A stretch of 63,808 nucleotides of DNA, the filler included, from Stramenopiles sp. TOSAG23-2 (taxonomy: Eukaryota): assembly GCA_900128395.1 (NCBI GenBank). It is 2 parts of 2 records of this genome, joined end to end, with 100 filler letters (N's around TTAATTAATTAA, not from the genome) between each part and the next. Parts side by side here need not be neighbours in the genome. Positions count along the whole stretch, not along the records: positions 1 to 31,857 come from LT649365.1; positions 31,958 to 63,808 come from LT649366.1. One strand, written 5' to 3'. Below the pieces are notes generated by a model. That model saw nothing but the letters and a program-made list of their open reading frames with translations. It was not told the DNA's origin and did not search any database. Each line of letters opens with the position of its first letter. Within the stretch, counting starts at the first letter, position 1. This document shows, piece by piece, positions 21,901 through 32,347 of this stretch. The translations under genes were made by a program, and so were the position numbers.

Positions 21901-24900
21901 TCTTCAGCATACTTCTGTTGTAATTCCTCCATTTCATTTTTGAATTGGTCTTCCAAACTGCTCATTTGTATCAGACCGTCCTCTTTGGTTTGATTCCTTC
22001 TTGCAGCTTCTTCTTCCATATCCACAAAATGCAACCATTTGTCATACGCACGTCGTTTCTGTCGATTAATGCGCAACAGCACTTTGGTAAACATGTTTTT
22101 TGCATGTACAATTTGCATATTGTGCTTGAATCCTTTCAATTCAGCATTTTTTCTCCATTGGTTTAATGATGCAACCATTTGCATCCGCCAAGAACGTAGC
22201 ATGGTGTTCATAACGTAACGTGCTTTCATTTTAAGTGTTTTCTCTTTAATAATCTCAGCACCCCAGACGTCGAATGCATTGTTCAATGATGACATCCTCC
22301 ATTTCTCCGAGGACTTTGATAAAATTAAAAATGCACGAGAGCGACGACCATTATACCGTTGAACGTGAATTTTAAATGCAGCAATACCCCGGGACATCAT
22401 CAAGCGAGTATTTCCATCTTCAAGTTTGCTCAAAAGGCCTACTACACGCGCTTTCCTTGCGGCCAATTCCATGTCCTTCATGCTTTGTTCATGCAACTCG
22501 GTCACTTTTGCCAAATTTTCTTGATGCGATTGAGTAACTGATTCCATTTCTTTACGCAGTTTACCTTCAACTTCTGCAACTCTTGAGAAGTGACAGAATT
22601 TCGTCCATTTTGCCCAAGCGCTTTGGTAGGCAGCTTTTTCTTTGCTCACTATCATTGCAATGAAGCGCGCCGCTACCATATTTTCATGGTTTTGCCTTTG
22701 TAGTTCCAAAGCTGCATTATTACTGGCTTTGCGTTGCTCCTCTAGGATAGATGTTAAGCGGAATCGATCCCATTGGCGGAATGATTTGGCTATTTTCCCT
22801 TGAATATGTTTTCTTACAGCATTAACAATAAATCGAGTGGCTTCTGCATGTCTAACGGCAAAGTCGGCTTCATCTCTCGTGCGATCCACCCACCGTAAAA
22901 ACCATACCATCATTTTCTTTTTAATATGCCGTTTAATGCTTACAACTACGAACTTAACAGCACTATTTACTTCTTTATTCTTTATTCCTAAAAATTGATT
23001 TGCATTGAACCATTGTACAAACGCTGTATTTAAACGTTTCTTATAGTGACGCTGAATCTGTACTACACAAAATCGTACTGCTGCATCTCGCTTAATTCTT
23101 TCTTCCATTAAAATTCTACTGACCTCACACCAATGTGCGAATCCATCCGAAAGCCGCCCTTTTATGTAATTTCGTATGCAATTAACTATATATTTGGTAG
23201 CAGAATGGACACGAAGAGCTTGTATTTTTAAGCCTCTGGTAACATTGACCCAATATCGAAATTTTCGGGTTTTCACCCTTTGCAAGCCCTCTTCCATCTT
23301 CATGTACAAATATGTACATTTGCGCCTTTTTCTACCATCATGCTGTCGCAATTTGTTCACTTTAGAAAACCATTTACGGAATGCATGGGCCATTCTCTTA
23401 TCCATATATTGTCGCACCTTATTGACGATAAATTTTTGAGCCATTCCAAACTTCATACGCTGTTGTCGCACATACATTGAATAATATACCAATTGACGAA
23501 AGCCTGAGTGTAAGCCACGGACGGCATGTGCATCAAAAATTTTATTTAATTTTTGAGCACCCAGTCTCGCATTTTCAACAAATTGTCGGACTAGTAGACA
23601 ATTCATCCTCCAAGTTTGGAAACCACGATTCAAAACGCTGTTATCAATCTTTGTTAAGTAATATCTGTATGTTCTACGGACTCTTTCTTCTTTCTCTGAA
23701 ATTTCTCTAGCAATGGTGTGCCATCGACCAAAATATTTTCTCATTTTTTTCTTGACATAGCGCATCATTCCTCGGTAAGTCAACACCGCAGACACTTGTC
23801 TTTGAGTTTGACTAATTTGACCTAAAAGACTACTTCTGTTTGTCGACCATGTTGTATTTTTCCATGATGAAAATGCAGACATTTTCTTTTCATTTCGTAA
23901 CGTGTGATGCCTAATAGCCCATACTTTTACAATCAAACGGGCGCACAAGCGTTTTCGTAACTCTTCATGCGTTCTGACAATGGATTTCTTCTCTTGCATA
24001 TGTTTGCTATGTAAACTCAAAAGTTCCTTTTTTTTTCGTTCTTCCAACTCGTTAATCTGCGACATAGACTGTTTGCGGAAAATGCCATACTTTTCCTCAC
24101 TTTCTTGCCTGTACTGTCTATGTTTTTGCTCTGTTTCTTCTATTGATTTCAAATGTTGTAATCTAATACTCTCGACAATTGCTTTTCTATGCCACGTGGA
24201 GAATGCAAAATACATCTTCTGATTTAAAAGACGCATTAAAACGCGTTTTGCAATACGCACGGAAATTTCTTTTTCTTTTTTCCATTTTGCAAAGACTAAC
24301 CAAGCACGCCATCCCATCATTAGCTGTTTGTTTTCTACTCGAAGCATGACCCTTCCAGCAATCTTTCGAGCTCGCTCTCGTTCCGCATTCAGTTTTGTGG
24401 AAATACGACAGAAAGACAACCATTGTCTCCACCCAATTAACAAGTTTCTATTTTCCATTCGTTTCAAAACCCTTCTAGCCGATCGAGATCCATGTCTAAT
24501 TCTTTCATCATTTCGTATGGATCGGTTCACATAAGTCATCCACACTCTCCATGCTTTTAATTTATTCTTATTTTCCCAGCGTTGCAAGACTCTTATAGCA
24601 GCATTTGTCCCCGTATTGACTTTATGCTTTTCTCTTAAATCCATACCTACAAATCTAGTCCAAGTTCTCCATGCTTTCAAGAATATTTCGTTTTTCCATC
24701 GCTTCAAGACACGCCTTGCGTTGTCTCGCTTTCCTTCCATCACGTGTATATCTTTCGTAGCGCGTAGCATGTTCAGTTTAAATACTCCCATTGCTCTTGC
24801 CATCATACGTATTCTCCAGCTTTCTACAACTTGCTTTAAAAATAATGCAATGCACAAGGAATTGAAATATGCTGTTCCACCTTCCTCTCCAAGTTTGAAT

Positions 24901-27437
24901 ATTTTTGCACGCATTTGTAGGCGGGACAGTTTGTTTCTTTGAACCTGTAATAATCGTGCATCCTTAGCAATTGTTTTTCTGTGATCATCTGCTTCCATCA
25001 TTTTTAATTCTGCTAATGCTCTAGCTTCAGCCACTTCTCGTTTCATACCAAGAGCTCCGATTTGCAATTTCTTTCTCTCTTTTTCACCAGTGTCTAACTT
25101 CATACGCAAAGACTGTATCTCGGCTCTAAATTCTTCCCTTTCGTTTCCTTCGATACGATCAACTTCTAACTTTTCTTGTCGAAGCAGGGACATTTCTTCC
25201 TTTAACATTTCTTGTGTTTGAAGCAATTCATTTGTTTCCCGCTGTATCAAATCTAATTTTTGTTGAGCGCGGAAGGTTTCAGTTTTTATCTTAGTTTCAT
25301 ATGCAGCAGCCGCAGCAGCATCATATGCTTTGATAATTTCACCCCGAGATCCCATATATGCAGGATTAGTACTTTGTTCCGCGTTGTCGCTTTCCCCATT
25401 TCTATGCCTTGACGATAACCGCTTCCTTTTTTCCGCTTCAATTTGACGTGCAGTCTTTTGTATTAAAAGTTCTATTTTCTTTTTATTTGTTTCTTGCTCA
25501 TGTTTCAAAGCCTTTTCTAAAATGGCAGCATGTTCCTCTATAGCAGCTAGTCTGGCATCAAGGTTTCCATTTTCTTCCACAAGTACATGATTTTTATTTT
25601 TTACATCCATTATTTCTTTTTCCGACTCTTTTATTTTCTTTTGAATTTCTAATTGATATGCTTTGTGCGCGTCTCTCCATCTATTTGTTTCCATTTGTTC
25701 TCTTTCTAATTTTTTCTGTAATTCCAAAGACATCTCTAATATATCTTCATATCTTTTTTTCTGCGATTGTATCTCTCTTTTTAAAATGTCTTTTGTTTCC
25801 GTAAACTGTTTTGCTATTTCATTACGTTCTTTCAACACTGTATTATTTTGCTGGACCAATTCATTCACACTGTTTTTAAAAGTTTTGCGGACAGCTAGTG
25901 CACTTAAGCCAGCATTATGTTGCCAAGTAAGAAAAAGTTTTTGAACATTTCGTCTAGCCCAATTAGTTAAAATACGTGAAATTACATGCACGCTTTCATA
26001 CTGCGATTTTTTCTTTAAAATGTTCATCACATTACTTTCTAAATCCCCATTTCTTTGCTCAGCATGTTTCATTTTCTCTTTCAAACGCCGCCTAGCTTCC
26101 ACACCCGCCATTTTTGCTACTTTTAGTTTCCATTTATTTAAAGATCTGATCATTTTTAACTTTTCCAGACTACGCGCGTGTGACATAACTTGCACTGCAC
26201 CCGATTTGCGGATTGTATCTCTCATTATTTTCTGGGTATTCGTTAATTCAGTTGCTAATTGTTGTATGCGACCTACAATTCCATCAATCCCTTGAGAAAT
26301 TGTCGTCGTTTTAGATTGCGTTGAACCGTGACTCTTCTTTAATTGTGCAAGGGCTTTTTGCCTTTCGTTTGCTGCAGCTAGTAATTCATTACCAGATTCT
26401 TGCAACACCCCGATTGCACCTTTTGCAGAATTAAACTGCTGTATAAGAGCTTCTTGCTCTTTTTTCGTTGCATTTAACTGGGTGCGGACATTTGCTAGTT
26501 CCGAGGTAGTGTTCTCTAATTCTTGTGCTATTTCCAGTTTTTCAGTTTTCAAAATTGTTGCTTCTCGTTGTGTTTTAGACATCTTATGAAAAAGTTGCTG
26601 TTGTGTAGCTTCCATGACTTTCCCAACAGCTTCAGCAGTCTGTGCGTGGCTTGCTTGACCATCCCTTTCAAGCCGTAACGTAAACTCTAACCTCTCAAGT
26701 TTCTCTCTGAAATCCTGATTTTGGGAAATGTCATCCCACAAGTCATCATAAACATTTTTCTCATGCTCTACTATTCTGGAACGTTGTTGTTGACGTGACA
26801 AGCTCATGATTCGACTGTTATTGTTGTCATTATTATTATTATTATTACTACTACTGTTATTGGCATTATCTTGCAGGTCTATGTAAACACTACCACTTCT
26901 ACGGACATGAACCCTGCTTCTATTATTATTATTACTGTTGTTGTTATTTTTTGTATTAAAACTGCTTGAAACCATACCCTCATTATTATCTTCATTATCA
27001 CTGAAATTGTTATCTTCAAAAATACTAGTATAAATAGAATCATGTGACTCGTTTTGGCTATGTTCAGGTGCTGGTAACAACTCCTCTTCTAATAACTCCT
27101 CAATATTGAACTGATTATTATAATTATAACTTTGCCTTTGTGGAGACAATAATGCATTGTTCTGTTGCAATTTCATTAGCCATGATGCGTATGGTATTTT
27201 ATCACGCGTCAACATTTCTCCAGAAATCAAAAGCATTGTATCTTCATATGGAACACCAAGGACAGAGGACACAGTGTTACAAAAAACTTCAGTTGATAAT
27301 ATCCCATGATTTTCTCGATCATATTCTTTACAAGCTGTAAATATTTCATCGGCATTTTCTAAGACAACACGTTGCAAAGCCAGTGCATATTCTTTTGCAT
27401 GCATGTCATCTTCTTCTGTTCCTATGTCAACCTCCAT
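18963..27437 (-). CDS. Giant (~2820 aa) coiled-coil protein with many Sfi1-like Trp repeats; possible degenerate N-terminal EF-hand
   Basis: Dozens of (A/G)(F/W)xxW(K/R)-type motifs at roughly helical-repeat spacing (KAWRTWTRF, FAFSTWHRK, RGFQTWRMN, HAFRKWFSK), long coiled coils and the N-terminal DRENHGILSTEVF. Likely ATG at 27437. Confidence 0.7.
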   Translation of the reverse strand: MEVDIGTEEDDMHAKEYALALQRVVLENADEIFTACKEYDRENHGILSTEVFCNTVSSVLGVPYEDTMLLISGEMLTRDKIPYASWLMKLQQNNALLSPQRQSYNYNNQFNIEELLEEELLPAPEHSQNESHDSIYTSIFEDNNFSDNEDNNEGMVSSSFNTKNNNNSNNNNRSRVHVRRSGSVYIDLQDNANNSSSNNNNNNDNNNSRIMSLSRQQQRSRIVEHEKNVYDDLWDDISQNQDFREKLERLEFTLRLERDGQASHAQTAEAVGKVMEATQQQLFHKMSKTQREATILKTEKLEIAQELENTTSELANVRTQLNATKKEQEALIQQFNSAKGAIGVLQESGNELLAAANERQKALAQLKKSHGSTQSKTTTISQGIDGIVGRIQQLATELTNTQKIMRDTIRKSGAVQVMSHARSLEKLKMIRSLNKWKLKVAKMAGVEARRRLKEKMKHAEQRNGDLESNVMNILKKKSQYESVHVISRILTNWARRNVQKLFLTWQHNAGLSALAVRKTFKNSVNELVQQNNTVLKERNEIAKQFTETKDILKREIQSQKKRYEDILEMSLELQKKLEREQMETNRWRDAHKAYQLEIQKKIKESEKEIMDVKNKNHVLVEENGNLDARLAAIEEHAAILEKALKHEQETNKKKIELLIQKTARQIEAEKRKRLSSRHRNGESDNAEQSTNPAYMGSRGEIIKAYDAAAAAAYETKIKTETFRAQQKLDLIQRETNELLQTQEMLKEEMSLLRQEKLEVDRIEGNEREEFRAEIQSLRMKLDTGEKERKKLQIGALGMKREVAEARALAELKMMEADDHRKTIAKDARLLQVQRNKLSRLQMRAKIFKLGEEGGTAYFNSLCIALFLKQVVESWRIRMMARAMGVFKLNMLRATKDIHVMEGKRDNARRVLKRWKNEIFLKAWRTWTRFVGMDLREKHKVNTGTNAAIRVLQRWENKNKLKAWRVWMTYVNRSIRNDERIRHGSRSARRVLKRMENRNLLIGWRQWLSFCRISTKLNAERERARKIAGRVMLRVENKQLMMGWRAWLVFAKWKKEKEISVRIAKRVLMRLLNQKMYFAFSTWHRKAIVESIRLQHLKSIEETEQKHRQYRQESEEKYGIFRKQSMSQINELEERKKKELLSLHSKHMQEKKSIVRTHEELRKRLCARLIVKVWAIRHHTLRNEKKMSAFSSWKNTTWSTNRSSLLGQISQTQRQVSAVLTYRGMMRYVKKKMRKYFGRWHTIAREISEKEERVRRTYRYYLTKIDNSVLNRGFQTWRMNCLLVRQFVENARLGAQKLNKIFDAHAVRGLHSGFRQLVYYSMYVRQQRMKFGMAQKFIVNKVRQYMDKRMAHAFRKWFSKVNKLRQHDGRKRRKCTYLYMKMEEGLQRVKTRKFRYWVNVTRGLKIQALRVHSATKYIVNCIRNYIKGRLSDGFAHWCEVSRILMEERIKRDAAVRFCVVQIQRHYKKRLNTAFVQWFNANQFLGIKNKEVNSAVKFVVVSIKRHIKKKMMVWFLRWVDRTRDEADFAVRHAEATRFIVNAVRKHIQGKIAKSFRQWDRFRLTSILEEQRKASNNAALELQRQNHENMVAARFIAMIVSKEKAAYQSAWAKWTKFCHFSRVAEVEGKLRKEMESVTQSHQENLAKVTELHEQSMKDMELAARKARVVGLLSKLEDGNTRLMMSRGIAAFKIHVQRYNGRRSRAFLILSKSSEKWRMSSLNNAFDVWGAEIIKEKTLKMKARYVMNTMLRSWRMQMVASLNQWRKNAELKGFKHNMQIVHAKNMFTKVLLRINRQKRRAYDKWLHFVDMEEEAARRNQTKEDGLIQMSSLEDQFKNEMEELQQKYAEERKRAEEEKQKMEEEKKMLKSEKSLVEMEKKKAQEQFNIENGTLQQQFEAAMAKANLLKAHLLLTAIIRSYRKKMMLRGYLRWWFATKAIQSEELRKRLEVAHSKKVETLADEHKMMEEKMLKERSTLESDYTNRFRQTKKRQIGQTVIRCINVNIRSRLMKGMNRWKLFTNHLKKKSGNYVVGTRVLDKVILSLKRRRKFAAFMRFRRFVHFDKQNEFKNQFGLKRSFNLIKTCFQRYDQSRLARGWKKWVDYNATVIKNREGQLYSIKSIFSILEGWRKKQLFQAVKKWHIMCEKRKFHALVISKMLLPLRRKSKMLVAKAFVRWVTVSLTHPTYRWAQAGRELAIKMHHLSMVWKRNKVSQAFRAWTTHTHLIHHLILEKNFTMKIDSRFAEAAALQKIHSQKAKIIAARQFDRVFKLLNKKIEKSYFEHWKFLRIRAQDEEIFLRRIAMKLGKKAIAAAMRKWKGLVKEINSLNYRGSLIKRVIGHIAKEKLHFYWYKFKRICRRYKQLEMEEKVHDELEEEKIKIRFSHITLKLMKIKLYNGYHKWKEMWQTASSHQTAIKTLERLFVRDLKSARRSYFHKWARITVEENYKEILKAHVQRTGNKLVELRAQKLKAVYGWRWSRNILRKNKEQWEQKEQENKGYLEKMESTVVALKSEHEEEAVWSEAMTREIKTLQQRMVMVQSKQIEEMKTSDSKRRKEATIFLFRVMHRYLVQRKKYRAFRIWREGLILSRHEQLADRLLKKQKKSDIAVKRITALVNKAQRDHQKTEMLLSDIKERAQAIRRSARGRTKSPTMTRRGGRSKKSKGMKSKKKKGVKTVSAIRSSSGGVIRLHRTGSVEINIPNFERNISARGTIKDTKRLSSPFGTPSIHAHNTSLSPENTYGRSTVSSRNRSLSPARRANKITNIQRDPQGNSESVPWISPGVGETHWHPPENASFTKKNDDENMDDDTYDMEFSSTSTKKAPVYLFENV

Positions 27438-28259
27438 CGTTATCAATTTGTAATGTATCAAGCAAGAATTGCCATATATTTCTATATGGATAATGATATA
27501 TACGTATTTAAATATATATAAGTTGTTAATTATTTATTGCAAGTGCTATTATTGGATTTCTTCTTCTTCTTCATTCTTCTTGTAAAGTTTATTCGTATTG
27601 TTATTAATGATATATGCCTGTTAGGAGATAATTTATTAATTATACTTTACGATAAAAAATAATATCACACACACACAGTTAAAGATTCTGCACGCCAATA
27701 TCGATATTGCCAATATTAATATTATCGTAAATAATAATAAAGCTGTAGACTAATAATACGTGGTACATTACAATATGCAGTAATATCGAAAAAGATAAAA
27801 GTAACAAATAAAAAAAGTCTGTAGACGACTAGTATTCTGGTATGCGATGGTATTTTATATAAAACGACTAAATACGAGGAGCCATGGTGCTATTGTGCTG
27901 GTAGCCGGATCAACGAATTATTCCATAAATGATACAAAATATTATCTTATTAATATTTATTTGGATACATTTCGGAACATATTTTGGAATAAAAAAAAAA
28001 ATAGTTGTTTCCACCAGCCAGCGAACCCCAGAACCCTAATTGAATTTGTAAATATATAATAATATAATATAGATTAACACAGATTTACGAAGTAGGAATC
28101 TATAGTTATACATAGTATATTTTATACAACAAAATTTGTATAAAGAATTATTTCAAATCATCAAATAGATACTCAGTTTTTAGATTTGATAAATTCGAGT
28201 AGTATATATTTTATATCTAAACAAATTAAATCGTTAATTAAATTTACATCATCGAAAAA

Positions 28260-30185
28260 ATGGCTGGAATTGTGGAAGAATTACAAAAAAATGAAACATA
28301 TGCACCGTTAGTGAAAAATTTATTAGACGCTGGACAAAATGAAATCTTTGATAAATTCAATTTAAATGATACGGAACAAATTGCATCATTTTTTAATCAA
28401 GTAAAGCTACTTGAAGATGGATATCCAGGTGGTATTGAAGCATATGTAAAGCAAGCGAGGAAATTGTTAGAAGCATCTAAACGTGGAGATAATCCTTTCG
28501 AGGGATATGTACCAGAAGTACCTAAAGGTGCAACCCTATATTTTAACACAGATGAATTTAATGAAATGGAAAAAGTTGGTTTAGAAAACGCTGATAAATT
28601 AGCCTTTGCATTGGTTGCCGGTGGCCTTGGGGAGCGTTTAGGATATAGTGGTATCAAAGTTGCTTTGCCATCAGAAATAACGACGGAAGATTGTTATTTA
28701 AAAGTTTATATTGAATCGATATTAGCTTTACAAAAAGCTACAAACGCATCGAAGCCTTTGCCATTGGTTATGATGACATCGGACGATACGCATTCACGTA
28801 CGGTTGAATTATTGGAGAAAAATAATTATTTTGGAATGCTTAAGGAACAAATAACATTATTGAAACAAGAAAAAGTGGCAAGTATACGCAATGCAAATGG
28901 TGCTATTGCATGTGATCCAAATGATCCATATAAAATCTTAACGAAACCGCATGGACATGGAGATATACATTATCTATTACATTCGTCTGGAACGGCACAA
29001 AAATGGCTTGACGAGGGTCGTACATATATATTATTCTTTCAAGATACAAATGGTTTAGTCTTCCGCAGTCTATTGGCATGTCTAGGTGTTGCAGTTTCAC
29101 GAAATTTTAGTGCGAATTCTATAACTGGACCAAGAAAAGCAAAGCAAGCTGTTGGTGCAATTTGTTGCCTGAAAAGAGAAGATGGAACATCTATCACTAC
29201 AAATGTTGAATACAATCAATTAGACCCGTTGTTACGTGCAACACCAGGATACGAGCAAGGTGATGTGAATGGGGAAGATGGATTAAGCCCATTTCCTGGA
29301 AATTTCAATCAATTGCTATTTCGTTTAAATGATTATGTAAAAACGTTAGATGTTACAAAAGGGTTAGTTCCAGAATTTGTGAATCCAAAATACGCCGACG
29401 AGACACGGACAACTTTTAAAAAACCAACTCGTTTGGAGTGTATGATGCAAGATTTACCGCGTATGTTTGACAGTTCATGTGTGGTTGGTTTTACCACGTG
29501 TATAGGCAATGGGCTATCAAAAGAACGACAAGATTTTCTATGTCAAAATTTAGACATGACATTGGCGTCTATTATGAAGCGTGATATTAGTTTTTTCTCC
29601 CCAGTTAAAAATAATGTAATTGACGCTGCGAAGAAGCAGCTTGGTGGGAATCATCCAGCATGTGCATCATCCGGTGAAGCAGATTTATATGAAATAAATG
29701 CACGTGCATTGATTAGCTTAGGTGCATTTGTGCAGCCACCAGAAAAGAAGAGATGGTTTGGAAAAGATGGAAGTAGCGTTATTGAAACATTTGAATGGCC
29801 ACACATCGTCTTATCAGCAAATGTATCAAAATCTGTCCAATCGTTAAAAGATTGTTTTGTTAACCCATCCTTTGTTAAAATTAGCAGTCGTTCTACGTTA
29901 GTTATTCGTGGCACTGGACAAGTTGTAATTGATACTTTGGATTTAGATGGTGCACTTGTAATTGAAGCTTGTGAAGGTGCTGTGGTAAATGTACCAAATT
30001 TAGTAGTTCGTAATGATTCATTCATGTTCCGAGCTTTGTATGAAGAAGGCGATGCATCAAAGAATAGCGAGAAGGATAATATACCGGAGTACCTACAAAT
30101 CCGTGGATATGAATTGATTAAAGGGGAATGTAGAAATGAAATATTCAAAGAGCCAGGAAAGTATGGAGTGATCAATGAAGAGTAA
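28260..30185 (+). CDS. USP: UDP-sugar pyrophosphorylase
   Basis: LVAGGLGERLGYSGIK, TKPHGHGDIH, FQDTN, NVEYNQLDP, FPGN, EFVNPKY and TRLECMMQD motifs. Confidence 0.93.
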   Translation: MAGIVEELQKNETYAPLVKNLLDAGQNEIFDKFNLNDTEQIASFFNQVKLLEDGYPGGIEAYVKQARKLLEASKRGDNPFEGYVPEVPKGATLYFNTDEFNEMEKVGLENADKLAFALVAGGLGERLGYSGIKVALPSEITTEDCYLKVYIESILALQKATNASKPLPLVMMTSDDTHSRTVELLEKNNYFGMLKEQITLLKQEKVASIRNANGAIACDPNDPYKILTKPHGHGDIHYLLHSSGTAQKWLDEGRTYILFFQDTNGLVFRSLLACLGVAVSRNFSANSITGPRKAKQAVGAICCLKREDGTSITTNVEYNQLDPLLRATPGYEQGDVNGEDGLSPFPGNFNQLLFRLNDYVKTLDVTKGLVPEFVNPKYADETRTTFKKPTRLECMMQDLPRMFDSSCVVGFTTCIGNGLSKERQDFLCQNLDMTLASIMKRDISFFSPVKNNVIDAAKKQLGGNHPACASSGEADLYEINARALISLGAFVQPPEKKRWFGKDGSSVIETFEWPHIVLSANVSKSVQSLKDCFVNPSFVKISSRSTLVIRGTGQVVIDTLDLDGALVIEACEGAVVNVPNLVVRNDSFMFRALYEEGDASKNSEKDNIPEYLQIRGYELIKGECRNEIFKEPGKYGVINEE

Positions 30186-30542
30186 AATGTTTTACTTGGA
30201 TGAAGTAATATAAAAAATTCTCTTATATTTATAAGTTAAAGATTTTATTTACTCATACTGTTATATTCACTACGAGCTCGTATATATATAAAAAATATTC
30301 TCTTACTTATATATATATGTGTGTAATTACCAGAAATAATAATAAATTGAAAGATGAAGTAATATATCTCACATATACGAAATATATTTTATTTTAATAA
30401 TAAGTATTAATTAAATATTTTAATAATAAGTATGATATATCATATAAGAGAATTTTTTATATTAATATATTACGAGTACTCGTATATTAGTTATTTTGTG
30501 TGTACGAAATAAAAAAAATAGAAAAACTTCCTATTTTTATAT

Positions 30543-31505
30543 TTATTTTGAAAAATACTGATATGTCGGTAACTTATCATTATTGGCTTTCAAATTTGTT
30601 AAAAATAATTTCCATTTTCTTTCAGTGCCCATCAAAATTTTATGTCGTCTTCCGACAAAATGTTCATCTAGACTAAATTGAGTCTTCGTATAAATTGAGC
30701 ATAAATTACAAAAAAATTTTCGATTTGATTTAATAACATTATCAGATGAAGCAGTTGTGGTCGTAGTTGTACTACTAGTAGTAGCAGTAGGGCACACTGC
30801 GTTTTTTTTGCCGCAGTCACTATTACTATTACTCCTTGACAATACAATGTGTGGTTGAAAAACAAATGTAATTGCATCATTTATCGAGAAATCAATTTTA
30901 CGCCTTTTTCTTTTTTGATTTTCAACAACATTGACTTTTCTAGCAGTATAATGATTGAATTTAGAAATGTTAAAAGGAATTTTTTGTGTACAATTTGATC
31001 CTAACGATTCTACTCTCCATCTGTCATATGGTTTACATGTTTTAGAAGTGATAAGTACAGCGCTTCTCGCAGACTTTGTTAGTAAAGTAGCTGCTTCCCG
31101 TAAAAATTGCCAAATTAAATATCTATTTCTAATATTTACATCTGGAGATGGAGAGTTTTTCACATCATCCAAAGTTTTTGTTAATGGTGCGAGGGGAAAA
31201 TTAAATATTATTTTATCATATAGCTTGCTATTCTGATTGAAGTTGCTATTGGCCAATGTGTTTCTTAAATTTGTCGCATCTATATGATGAACTACTGTAT
31301 GGTTTAATTCTTTCAATTTATCAATATAAGTAACAGCATTTGTATATTTTTTTTTCAGTACTTCAATAGAATCTAAGGATGTTGTAAAAATATGTCCTTT
31401 GCCGTTTTGGTCTTTAATATAATTTGCTACATCGTATGAATAAGAAAAGTTCCCATCACCAACTACAAGTATATTATCATTTGGATTTATTAATGAGAAT
31501 GCCAT
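30543..31505 (-). CDS. BMT5/DUF2431-like rRNA (uridine-N3) methyltransferase domain plus C-terminal U1/matrin-type zinc finger
   Basis: ILVVGDGNFSYS, TTSLDS, IDAT, YDKIIFNFP, KPYDRW; zinc finger CNLC-x12-H-x5-H (FCNLCSIYTKTQFSLDEHFVGRRH). Confidence 0.8.
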   Translation of the reverse strand: MAFSLINPNDNILVVGDGNFSYSYDVANYIKDQNGKGHIFTTSLDSIEVLKKKYTNAVTYIDKLKELNHTVVHHIDATNLRNTLANSNFNQNSKLYDKIIFNFPLAPLTKTLDDVKNSPSPDVNIRNRYLIWQFLREAATLLTKSARSAVLITSKTCKPYDRWRVESLGSNCTQKIPFNISKFNHYTARKVNVVENQKRKRRKIDFSINDAITFVFQPHIVLSRSNSNSDCGKKNAVCPTATTSSTTTTTTASSDNVIKSNRKFFCNLCSIYTKTQFSLDEHFVGRRHKILMGTERKWKLFLTNLKANNDKLPTYQYFSK

Positions 31506-31857
31506 ACTGTTTTTTTTTTCTTCGATAGTTTTGATATAAATTAGTACCGATAATGTGGTATTATTTATATACGCAACATCCAGTTTATTATTTTGTTTTG
31601 TATTACATTAGTCTGCGTCGTCAGACTCCTTCTAGTATTTATTACATATAATAAATTTAATAAGCAACATAACTTTTTTTTAGCCTTTTAGGATGTGTGC
31701 TTATGTCGCCTCCGCCGGCCCACCCGCCGCCCTACGCTTCAGATCTAGTATAGAAATAGCATTAATAGGATGGAAATACCATTACATGGACGATTTCAGG
31801 AGGATTTAAATTTTCACTTCAAAACAACAAACAAGCACAACGTAAAATTTAAATCCT

Positions 31858-31957
31858 NNNNNNNNNNNNNNNNNNNNNNNNNNNNNNNNNNNNNNNNNNN
31901 NTTAATTAATTAANNNNNNNNNNNNNNNNNNNNNNNNNNNNNNNNNNNNNNNNNNNN
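31858..31957. other. Artificial contig linker (N44-TTAATTAATTAA-N44)
   Basis: 100-nt gap with a six-frame stop cassette. Sequence on either side need not be adjacent in the genome. Confidence 0.97.
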
Positions 31958-32347
31958 ATTGTATATATCCGATTTGTGCATTTATAAGGCTGATGAAGGA
32001 AAGATAGTCGTCTGAAAGGAAAGATTGACGTACCCTTACTATACTGATGGTTTTACACACTTTTTTTTTTAATAACTTTTTTTTTTTTATTATCTCAAAT
32101 CTCAATTATTTAAATAATTATTTATTTAAAAACTTGAATATATGACTTTATGCATGGATGGATATACGACACAACAAAAATATTCATTTATTGCCTACTA
32201 TATATAATAATACACTCTCAAGATATTATCATCAATTAGTGGAGAATTGAATAGAATAGCAAAGCATATTTATTGTTTTTGTACACAAAAGTATTACAAC
32301 ACAACAATATATGTATTTTTATATATATTGCTAAATTATTTATTACT

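Noticed and set aside
31801-31857. Perfect 14-bp inverted repeat (aggatttaaatttt / aaaatttaaatcct)
   Set aside because: It ends exactly at the contig edge and is AT-rich. More likely a fold-back or amplification artefact than a terminator or TIR.
31902-32105. ORF running into Ns and the TTAATTAATTAA palindrome
   Set aside because: Artificial linker sequence.
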